NCBI GenBank assembly: GCA_963720755.1
Contig: CAVRGP010000006.1
Coordinates: 1-64,000, forward strand
Length of the DNA stretch: 64,000 bases
Origin: an uncultured Chloroflexia bacterium
GTDB lineage: Bacteria > Chloroflexota > Limnocylindria > Limnocylindrales > CSP1-4
Reading direction: 5' to 3'
Below, piece after piece: positions 1-7,667 of this stretch. Each line of letters opens with the position of its first letter. The stretch's first letter is position 1. The notes below the pieces were generated by a model. That model had not been told where the DNA came from. It ran no database searches and was given only the letters and a program-made list of their open reading frames with translations. A program made the translations under genes and the position numbers.

Positions 1-55
1 CTGGCGCCGCGGCTGCCGGAGCCCGAGGGGGAGCGCAGGCGGACGAATCGGTGAC

Positions 56-1642
56 TCAGTCGCGCATCGCGGGGAAGATCTCGCCAAGCACCTCATGACC
101 CATCGCGATCGCCTCTGATCCGGTCAGCGTGGCATCGGGGTCGATGTCGGGCACCGGCTTGCCGAACATCTTGGCCATCGAGAGGACGCTCAGCAAGAGC
201 GTCTTGCCGAGCAGGCCCAGCGGGGCATCGAGGGCCAGGAGCGAGTCTGGCATCGTCGGCACCGGTCGCGCGATGATGTCGGGCCAGTCCTCGGGTGCCC
301 GCGGCGTCTGCAGCGTGAAGATGTCCGCGAAGGACCGGGCGGTCGCCTCCCGGGCGCTGAACGGCGCACCGAGGTTCCAGCGCCCGCGCATGGTGGCCAA
401 CAGGGAGGTCGCCCGGTACTCGTCGGTGATCACGGTGCGCTCCGGGATCCAGGGCGAGATCGCCAGGGTCGGGATGCGTACCCCAGCGCGGTCGAACCGG
501 AAGCCCATCTGGCCCGGGCCCCTGCCATCAGGCGGGACGGCCGCCGGCGGCGCGACGTGGTCGTAGGTGCCACCATGCTCGTCGAACGTGACGAGCAGCG
601 TGGTGTTGAGGTGGTTGGACCCGCTCGACGCGCTCGATCCACGGATCGCGTTGTAGATCCGCGCGAGGAGGTCCTCACCTCCCAGGAGCGAGGACGGCGG
701 GTCGAAGTGCGTTTGCTGCGCGTCGGTTGCCCCCAGTTGGGCCCCTAGCAGGGCCATGAGGCCGCCGAACGGCGGGTGCATGTCGTTGTGGTTCCAGCCG
801 ATGATCCGCGGCTCGATGAACGAGTAGGTCGGCAACTCGCCCTTTTCGGCGTCCTCGAAGAACTGCCTCGTCGAGAAGAAGTTGGTGGCGAACCGGCTGG
901 CGAGCCGCGGCGCGTGGATCACGCCGGTGAGCGAGTAGTGCGAAGGCGGATCGCAGTACACCCGCCACGCCAGCCCGGCTGCGTCGAGCCGGTCAAACAG
1001 GGTCTCAGCGTCGTTCTTGCTGGGGAACGAGCCTGGCGGACTCATGTTGACCACGAAGCCCGAGGACGAACCGGCGTGGAAGAACGAGCGGTTCGGGTAA
1101 GTGCACGTCGGGACGTCGCAGAACCAGTGGTCGAACGTTGCGAAGCCACGGGCGATGCCCGACAGCACCGGCATCTGCGCGGGCGTGTAGCCGGTCATGA
1201 TCTGGGCGTACTCGTCGACCGTCGGCTGGCGCCCGAGTTCGATCATGAGCATGTTGATGTAGTCGGCGACGAAGCCGTCCATCGTCGGCGACTGGCCGGC
1301 GCGCGGCTCGTTGAACGACTTCTCCGGCTGGAAGAGCCCACGATTCTCCGCGTCGAGGGTGCCGAACAACTGCGTGTTGACGTGCATCCACTCCTCGCCC
1401 GGGTCGGGGTTGGGCGTGTTCATGTCCGGCGCGATCCCATAGCGGACGATCCCGTCCGATGGCCGGTGCTCGGCCCACTCTGGAACGGGGTTCGAGAGGT
1501 CCTTGCCGAGCACGCCCTCGAACGACGCGACCTCACCGGGTTCGTACAGGCGTCCCAGCAGGTTGTCGAACGATCGGTTCTCGAACATGACCACGACGAC
1601 GTGGTCCAGGGCGTTCTCGTGGCTCAGCGCGGCCAATGTCAT
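56..1642 (-). CDS. Phosphoesterase / phospholipase C (alkaline phosphatase superfamily)
   Basis: HVVVVMFENRSFDNLLG, FDHWFC..PT.T.PNR, NDMHPP and TFDEHGGTYDHV motifs of the phosphoesterase family. Confidence 0.88.
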   Translation of the reverse strand: MTLAALSHENALDHVVVVMFENRSFDNLLGRLYEPGEVASFEGVLGKDLSNPVPEWAEHRPSDGIVRYGIAPDMNTPNPDPGEEWMHVNTQLFGTLDAENRGLFQPEKSFNEPRAGQSPTMDGFVADYINMLMIELGRQPTVDEYAQIMTGYTPAQMPVLSGIARGFATFDHWFCDVPTCTYPNRSFFHAGSSSGFVVNMSPPGSFPSKNDAETLFDRLDAAGLAWRVYCDPPSHYSLTGVIHAPRLASRFATNFFSTRQFFEDAEKGELPTYSFIEPRIIGWNHNDMHPPFGGLMALLGAQLGATDAQQTHFDPPSSLLGGEDLLARIYNAIRGSSASSGSNHLNTTLLVTFDEHGGTYDHVAPPAAVPPDGRGPGQMGFRFDRAGVRIPTLAISPWIPERTVITDEYRATSLLATMRGRWNLGAPFSAREATARSFADIFTLQTPRAPEDWPDIIARPVPTMPDSLLALDAPLGLLGKTLLLSVLSMAKMFGKPVPDIDPDATLTGSEAIAMGHEVLGEIFPAMRD

Positions 1643-1770
1643 CTCCACTCGTTCTTAGCCAGACATCGAGCCAACGGCCCGGTCCGCCGATGCCGCATCG
1701 AATCCATCGTCGCCATCGCACCGCCAGACAGACAGTTTGCACCATCACCACTCGCTCGAGGCGATGGAGG

Positions 1771-1834
1771 TGGCCCAATCGGCCAACTAGGAACCGCGAC
1801 CCGCCAGCCGCACCCTTTTGAGGGCATGACGGCG
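1771..1834 (+). repeat. Dispersed ~63-bp repeat, copy 1 (TGGCC-N5-GGCCA box ... CACCCT ... ATGACGGCG)
   Basis: First 17 nt (TGGCCCAATCGGCCAAC) identical to 3467-3483; similarity continues to GGGCATGACGGCG. Confidence 0.85.
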
Positions 1835-2061
1835 GTGCGTGGATCGATCGACTGTGCCGATATGGGCGATGAGCGTGGTGACGATGGGTTGGAGCGCCAC
1901 ACGCGAGCCGACGTCTACTCCTCCGCCCGGATCGGCGCGCGCGATCGTGCGCGGCGCGATCCCGCCTCACGACGCCGCCCAGGTCCGCCCGTCGGCGCGC
2001 ACGTTGGCTCACTTGGCGCGATGAGCATGGGCGTGGCCAACGACGCGACCGAACGGAGCAA

Positions 2062-2085
2062 GGCCCCGGGCTGGCGCCCGGGGCC
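2062..2085 (-). terminator. GC hairpin downstream of doc-like gene
   Basis: GGCCCCGGG-ctggcg-CCCGGGGCC perfect 9-bp stem about 45 bp after the doc stop; weak U-tract. Confidence 0.4.
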
Positions 2086-2128
2086 GAGCGTCAGTTGGTG
2101 GCGGTCCACCCAGCGGGGTCTGCCGATC

Positions 2129-2521
2129 TCACCCGCAGCGCTGGGCGATCCAGTCCCGGAACGCCGCCTCGCTGACCTCGCCGCTGGCGATGCCCCGGAT
2201 AACGTGATCGGTCTCATCCGGATCGCCGGGTGCGGGGACCCACGTTCGGCTATTGCGCTCAACGAACTCGACCGTGGCTAGGAACGCGCAGCGCTTGTTG
2301 CCATCGGGCAGCGGGTGGTTCTTGACGAGGTGCCAGCAGAGCACCGCCGCCTGCGTCACGAAGTCCGGGTAGGCCTCGACACCGCCGAAGCCGGCCAGCG
2401 GAGCGGCCAGCGCTGACTCCGCCAGCCCGATCCGGTTGAAGTCGGCGATGAGCTCGGCCGGCACCCCGAGGACCGCCTCCGCGATGAGGAGGTAGTCCGC
2501 CAGGTCGAGGTAGACGGTCAC
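2129..2521 (-). CDS. Doc/Fic family toxin
   Basis: HPLPDGNKR Doc-type Fic motif; 130 aa; overlaps the stop of the upstream small gene by 4 nt. Confidence 0.9.
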   Translation of the reverse strand: MTVYLDLADYLLIAEAVLGVPAELIADFNRIGLAESALAAPLAGFGGVEAYPDFVTQAAVLCWHLVKNHPLPDGNKRCAFLATVEFVERNSRTWVPAPGDPDETDHVIRGIASGEVSEAAFRDWIAQRCG

Positions 2522-2730
2522 CGAGCGAGGCGTTCGAGGATCTCCCGGTTGCGCTCGATGCTGGCCTTCAGGCGCCGTCGGAAATCGGGGTCGGACCGCC
2601 GAGCCTCGATGTGGGCGGCGATCGCTCGCTGGATCTCCTCGTTGACCGACACCTCGTCGACGCCGGCGATCGCCTCGAGGGCTTCGGCCTGGTCGGCAGG
2701 TAGTCGCAGGGTGCGGGACTTGATCGTCAT
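2518..2730 (-). CDS. Putative antitoxin (ribbon-helix-helix-like)
   Basis: 70 aa, TLRLP...SVNEEIQRAI RHH-like pattern; C-terminal IERNREILERLA; translationally coupled to doc. Confidence 0.75.
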   Translation of the reverse strand: MTIKSRTLRLPADQAEALEAIAGVDEVSVNEEIQRAIAAHIEARRSDPDFRRRLKASIERNREILERLAR

Positions 2731-3021
2731 GTCGGCCTCAGTTTATGGATCGGTAGCCCCACGATACCACGGTATCCCGGTGCCTTGGTCAACGCGCTCG
2801 GCCCGTCCTCACAAGACCTCGGACCTTCACGAGACCGAGCCAACGCCCTAGGTTGACGGGCGGCAACTTCACGTGGTTGCGATCTACTACCCGATCAATC
2901 GGAGCCTACCTCGACCAGTTCGAAGAGCAGCTCGCGGCCGGGTGGGCAGGCTTCACTTGGACAGGGCGCCAGACAACAGGTCCGGGCCGCAATCCGGATA
3001 TGGCTGTCGGCTCAGGTTCCA

Positions 3022-3423
3022 TCAACCGCCGGTCAGGGCACTAGCGATCCAAAACGGCCCGTTGCACGGAAGTTCGGCGTAAATCTTGTCCTCAACAAAG
3101 GCCCTCTCGTACTCGCCACCTTCAAGCGAGACCGAGGATCCAACTTGCACCTCATCACTACCCTGCCGTATGACGAGAGTGCCATCGCGTTGCTCTAGCG
3201 TAGAGCCGCTGGGCCAGACGACCAGATAGTTGTCGCCGGCGCCTTGGTCGACGTACAGGCACGGTCCGTCCAAGACCAATTCCCCGTTTAGGATCGCTGT
3301 CGCGCCACCCACCCCAGCGGCGACAGGAAAGAGGATCTTGGACCCACCAACGTCGACGGATGACAACCCGCTACAGGCACCGACGAGCAGGGTGAGTACG
3401 ACAAGTCGGGCAGCATTTCGCAA
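3022..3423 (-). CDS. Hypothetical lipoprotein
   Basis: Hydrophobic stretch plus lipobox-like LVGAC; VWPSG motif shared with 5365-5781; TTG start inferred. Confidence 0.55.
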   Translation of the reverse strand: MRNAARLVVLTLLVGACSGLSSVDVGGSKILFPVAAGVGGATAILNGELVLDGPCLYVDQGAGDNYLVVWPSGSTLEQRDGTLVIRQGSDEVQVGSSVSLEGGEYERAFVEDKIYAELPCNGPFWIASALTGG

Positions 3424-3466
3424 CCCAGTCCACTCGGGCGATCTCGTGGCCGACACTCCGAAGACA

Positions 3467-3528
3467 TGGCCCAATCGGCCAACGAGAAACCGCGTCCCGC
3501 CGCCGCCACCCTCGGGGGCATGACGGCG
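3467..3528 (+). repeat. Dispersed ~63-bp repeat, copy 2
   Basis: Matches 1771-1834; ends in the ATG of the LuxR-type HTH ORF. Confidence 0.85.
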
Positions 3529-3732
3529 CGCTGGTCTGATCCACATCGACTCCCGGGTCCCCCGCCGGGATACGTCCGCGCCGCCCACCGCCTCGGCCTG
3601 TCGCACTCGACTGTGAAGCACCACGTGGCGAACGCGCGATCCAGGGTGGGCGTGGCGACCACGGCAGAGCTCGTGTGGATCCTGGCGGAGCGGTTGCCGG
3701 GGCCAAAGGGTCTCGGCCAGGGGGACGAGTAG
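3520..3732 (+). CDS. Small LuxR/GerE-type HTH protein, possibly internally damaged
   Basis: AAHRLGLSHSTVKHHVANARSRVGVATTAELV matches the LuxR C-terminal HTH pattern. Confidence 0.65.
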   Translation: MTARWSDPHRLPGPPPGYVRAAHRLGLSHSTVKHHVANARSRVGVATTAELVWILAERLPGPKGLGQGDE

Positions 3733-3968
3733 CGCAAGCACGCGCCATGAATGCGCAGGCCGACGGCGGTGCGAATGGCATGTGCGAATCAGCTCCGATT
3801 CGGGGACGCGAGTCCAGTCATCGGTCGCCTCGGACTGGGGGAGCGCCTCGAACCCCGCTTGGCTGAGCCCGCCGCCGTAGTCGTCGGTTGGCCCTGCACC
3901 GGGCTGCGACACAGAATCGCGGCCACCCCGACCGTGCATTCGGGGCGCTCATCCGTGTACATAAGTGT

Positions 3969-4439
3969 ATGGATGGACTGAGCGAAGACGAATGTCGTTT
4001 CGATGAAGCCTTCCGGAAGTCTTGGCCATCGGTCTTTCGGTTTGCCGTTGCATGGACGAACGACCTTCAGACGGCCGAGGACATGGCCCAGGAGGCGTTC
4101 ACGCGGCTTTGGGATCGGCGTGATTCCGTCGACTGGGAACGGCCGGTCATCGGCTGGCTCCTCGTCGTCGTCCGTCGTCTGGCGACCGATCGATTTCGTC
4201 GGCTTCATGCTCCGAGCGGCGCGCCCCGGGTCCGGGACCTCAACGAGGATGGGATCGCGACCTGGTTGGACGTCCGGGCCGCATTCGGCCGATTGAGCGC
4301 GAAGGAACGCGCGGCTCTGATCACCGTCGGTCTTCTCGGGTTCACCCCGGACGAGGCGGCCGAACCGCTCGGGATGACTGCGGGCGGTGTCCGGGCCGCC
4401 GTCAGCCGGGCACGTGAGAAGTTGGGGAGCGAACGATGA
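3969..4439 (+). CDS. ECF RNA polymerase sigma-70 factor
   Basis: Region 2 (AEDMAQEAFTRLW) and region 4 (LSAKERAAL...EAAEPLGMTAGGVRAAVSRAREKL). Confidence 0.88.
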   Translation: MDGLSEDECRFDEAFRKSWPSVFRFAVAWTNDLQTAEDMAQEAFTRLWDRRDSVDWERPVIGWLLVVVRRLATDRFRRLHAPSGAPRVRDLNEDGIATWLDVRAAFGRLSAKERAALITVGLLGFTPDEAAEPLGMTAGGVRAAVSRAREKLGSER

Positions 4440-5278
4440 ACACGCCCGATCAACGAGCCGAGGACCTGATGGAGTCGTGGATGCATGCCACCGCCAAGCC
4501 TGTGCCCTCATTCGTTCGACGAGCTTCTCGGCGTGGTCCGCGGGCTGCCGCGCTGATCGCTCTTGCGGTCATCCTCACGGGCATGATGCTTGGTGTTCTT
4601 GCGGTCGGCGCATATCTCGCTGCCCCGCGCGACCCGGTGCCGCCGGCCGATCTCGTCAGCCGGGCGGTCAAGGCGATCGCCTCGGCACCCGGCATCGATT
4701 ACACGCTAGGGATAACGACAAATGAGAACGCCGGCGGCGTGGGACTCCATTCCACCGGTCGGATCGATTTCCAGCATGGTCGGTTCTCCGGCACCGCCGA
4801 TAGAGGCGCGGGCTCGTTCATGCTCCTGTTCGGCGGCCCACAAAGCGGTGGCGCCGTCGTGGCCGACGGTCTCTTTGTCCAAACCGAAGGAGGGCCCTGG
4901 GAACGTATTCCGGATCCACGCAGTCCGCTCGACAAGTTGACCAACCCCGTCAGTCTGGCGAATGCCATCCAGGAATGGATCGCCTCTTCAAGAGTCGACA
5001 GCGCGGTTCGCTACGCGCCGTGCGGCACGCAGACCTGTCAGGTCGTCAGGCTGACCGTTCCTCCTCGCGCGCTCTTCGATCTTGCTGGGTACGTGATGGG
5101 GACCACCGGGACGCCGCCGCCCGACCTCGGGCCGTTCGATGTCGACCTCGCGGTCGATCCCTCAGGTTTCCCTGTTCGGATGGAGACTCGTGTCACCGCC
5201 GGTGACACGACGACGACCATCTCCCTCGATCTTGTGCGGCTGGACCCCGCGCCGTCGATCACGCCGCCGATCCCCTGA
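4436..5278 (+). CDS. Putative membrane-anchored anti-sigma factor
   Basis: ATGA overlap with the ECF sigma; short N-terminus, one TM helix, beta-rich extracytoplasmic domain. Confidence 0.6.
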   Translation: MNTPDQRAEDLMESWMHATAKPVPSFVRRASRRGPRAAALIALAVILTGMMLGVLAVGAYLAAPRDPVPPADLVSRAVKAIASAPGIDYTLGITTNENAGGVGLHSTGRIDFQHGRFSGTADRGAGSFMLLFGGPQSGGAVVADGLFVQTEGGPWERIPDPRSPLDKLTNPVSLANAIQEWIASSRVDSAVRYAPCGTQTCQVVRLTVPPRALFDLAGYVMGTTGTPPPDLGPFDVDLAVDPSGFPVRMETRVTAGDTTTTISLDLVRLDPAPSITPPIP

Positions 5279-5364
5279 TCGCGTGATCCCTCATCGTCCT
5301 TATGCTGGAACCAGCATGTGCGGCACGGCGTCCATATGGCGCGAACGGATCCACGAGGCCCACG

Positions 5365-5781
5365 ATGCCCAAGCGCGTGATGATCGCTACGATAGCCGTT
5401 CTACTGGCCGGGGCTTGCGGCACCTCGGGCCCGGGGCCATCGATGCGGACGCTGGGCGCGAATGAGTACGCCTTGCCGTCCGACCCGAACCTGGTGCTGG
5501 GCCCAGAGGCGACACCCCTCGCTTGTGCTGGCGTCGGCCTGGACGCCGTGCTGGTCGGCGGCGCAAGCGATCCCCGGTACGTATGGCTATCTGACGCGCT
5601 AACCGGCCGCCGGATCGAGCTCGTGTGGCCCTCGGGCTTCACCGCGCAATTCGGTCAGGGCAGCGCGTTCGACGTGCTCAATGCCTCCGGAAGGGTGGCC
5701 ATCGTCGGCGGGTCCCACGTGAACGGCGCGTGCGTCGGTGCGGGCGACGGCGAGTACTGGCTGGACACGGTGGTCCAGTAG
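5365..5781 (+). CDS. Hypothetical lipoprotein
   Basis: MPKRVMIATIAVLLAGAC lipobox-like signal; VWPSG motif. Confidence 0.6.
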   Translation: MPKRVMIATIAVLLAGACGTSGPGPSMRTLGANEYALPSDPNLVLGPEATPLACAGVGLDAVLVGGASDPRYVWLSDALTGRRIELVWPSGFTAQFGQGSAFDVLNASGRVAIVGGSHVNGACVGAGDGEYWLDTVVQ

Positions 5782-5783
5782 AG

Positions 5784-5990
5784 TGCGACGGCTTCTCGGT
5801 CTGGCGGCGGTCGCAGCCCTGCTCGCCTCGTGCTGCTCGCCGTCCGCCGGCGCCGTGTCCTCCGGTCGCCCAGCAGATGCGTCGTTCCCATCGGAGATCG
5901 CCGGTCTACCGGTGATCAGCGTTGCCGAAGCTGTCGACCTGCTCCACTCGGGCAGACTCGACGGCCAGGCCGTCGCGGTTGCCGGCGAAC
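5784..5990 (+). pseudogene. Truncated lipoprotein N-terminus joined to the recombinase remnant
   Basis: VRRLLGLAAVAALLASC signal; protein-like sequence ends near 5990 where recombinase-like sequence starts in another frame. Confidence 0.4.
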
Positions 5991-6729
5991 AGGCTTCCGG
6001 GCGGAGATCTACGAGTGGCAGATCGCTGCGTTGCTGGCAACGGCCCAGGTCGACGAGGCGGCCAAGGCGCGGATCGTGGGCGCGCTTGGCGGCGAGCCGC
6101 CGGCGGTCGACGCGCGCAGGGTCACCCGCTTGGAGCAGGAACTCCGTGCCATCGCTCTCGACAACGCCTTCGGACGGATGACCGACGAGGTCTACCTCCG
6201 ACGTAAGTCCGAGCTGGCTGCTCAGATCGAAGCGGCGAGGCGGCCTGAGTCCGCCGCGCACTCCGTGGACCCGAAGCGAGCGCTCGGATATCTCGCCGAC
6301 CTACGCTCTCTTTGGGACGTGGAGCTGCCGGAATCGCCCGAGCACCAGGGCGTCCGCCACGAGTACGAGCGGCGAAGGGCGCAGGCCACGGCGGCCGGCT
6401 TCGAGCGGCTCGAGGTCTTGGGACCAGTGATCGTGGAGGCGAAGCTCGCTGATCCGATGGCCGGCGCCTCGCTGGCGATGTCGTTGCAGCCCGAAAGGGC
6501 CGAACTCGTGGGACAGCAGGCCGACGTCGTCCGCACGCTCCTCGATGGCCGTCACTCGCGTCTGGCCCACACCGACACAGCGGAGGCGCGCAAGAAACGA
6601 CGCCAGAGAACAGAGACCAGGACATTAAGGTGCTTTGGTCGGGGCGAGAGGAGTCAGGCCGACACGTCACGAGTGAAGGTTTGGATCGTATCCGAGCGCT
6701 GCCGGCCGGGCGTGCGCCGTTCTGCGTGA
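5990..6729 (+). pseudogene. C-terminal remnant of a large serine recombinase (older element)
   Basis: Coiled coil RLEQEL...FGRMTDEVYLRRKSEL; LADLRSLW and FERLEVLG align with VQDLPETW and FDRIDVLG in the 16076-17537 recombinase; no catalytic N-terminus. Confidence 0.7.
6636..6652. repeat. att core (displaced 3' end of tRNA-Pro)
   Basis: TGGTCGGGGCGAGAGGA identical to 17516-17532. Confidence 0.92.
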
Positions 6730-6804
6730 AGCGAGCCGATTGAATGCACTTTTCGGGAACCGCCCCGATCCTTCTTCCAGGCGGATTGTTCAGCGGCCGG
6801 GCGA

Positions 6805-7518
6805 TCACCGTCGATCAGCCACGAGTCCCAAGTTCTCTAGCCGCGCCAGTCGCCATCGATTGAGCTGGCCTAGCGCCAGAGCTCGATCGTCGCGCAAGTT
6901 CGCGATCATCCGCCGGGCGCGCTCCTGCAGGACATTCATTTCATCCTGCGAGATCTCGGTTTCACCCGGCCAGCCGCGCCCTTTGGCGTTGAGCAGTATC
7001 TCGAGGAGGTCGATCGCGCTCTCGTCTTCGTCGTTCAGGATCCGCGCATATGCTGCCTGCTCAGTCCCTACGGGGTCCGATTCAAGCTCGTGCGGATCCG
7101 CCAGGAGTTCATCCGCGAACGACCCGAGTGCCGCACGACGCCGAAGGATCGGGACGCCTTCCTCAATGACGTATTTCACAAATCGATCGATCACCTGCTC
7201 GTCGTGGCGCCCGTCAAGGATCCACCGCCGGTCGCCGAAAAGCCGCATGATCCCATCGCGTTCCATGCCAACGGCCTGGAAGCCCGGGTAGTCGGTCGGG
7301 GCAAAGAGTGGCGACGCGACGTAGCTGGCCCAAAACTCGCGGTCGTCGACGGCCACCAGATGGATTCCGACCAGGACATCCTCTATCGGATACCGATAGA
7401 CGAGCACGCTTGGCTGTTTATGCCAGTCGAACGGCGATGGACTGATCAAACGAAACCCGACCAGCCGAGGCAGCAGGGCTTCACGTGCTATTCGCTCAAG
7501 TCGAAGGGCGGAGTTCAT
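6805..7518 (-). CDS. Hypothetical protein, putative RHS immunity protein
   Basis: 237-aa ORF co-oriented and 150 bp downstream of the RHS stop; visibly lower GC than the RHS core. Confidence 0.6.
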   Translation of the reverse strand: MNSALRLERIAREALLPRLVGFRLISPSPFDWHKQPSVLVYRYPIEDVLVGIHLVAVDDREFWASYVASPLFAPTDYPGFQAVGMERDGIMRLFGDRRWILDGRHDEQVIDRFVKYVIEEGVPILRRRAALGSFADELLADPHELESDPVGTEQAAYARILNDEDESAIDLLEILLNAKGRGWPGETEISQDEMNVLQERARRMIANLRDDRALALGQLNRWRLARLENLGLVADRR

Positions 7519-7667
7519 GGGCGAGGGCCTAATCGCCTGACTTCTCGCCTATTGCTCGATGCGACATTTTGGGTTGAACTGATGGTCATGCGTCGTAAAT
7601 CGAGGGCGTGTGTCATCCCCTGCTCGCAGCGGCCCTCGGTCGCTACTTCGAGCGAGCGACTGATTGC

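Noticed and set aside
2090-2125. TGGTGGCGG after a hairpin as another att remnant
   Set aside because: Matches neither tRNA in the window beyond TGGT; too short to support.
2853-3044. Short ORF between the TA pair and the lipoprotein
   Set aside because: TTG start, no clear RBS or motif, overlaps a convergent gene; probably a fragment.
1771-3528. Integron attC sites
   Set aside because: No RYYYAAC/GTTRRRY long inverted structure recognised and no IntI tyrosine integrase; kept only as an unexplained repeat.
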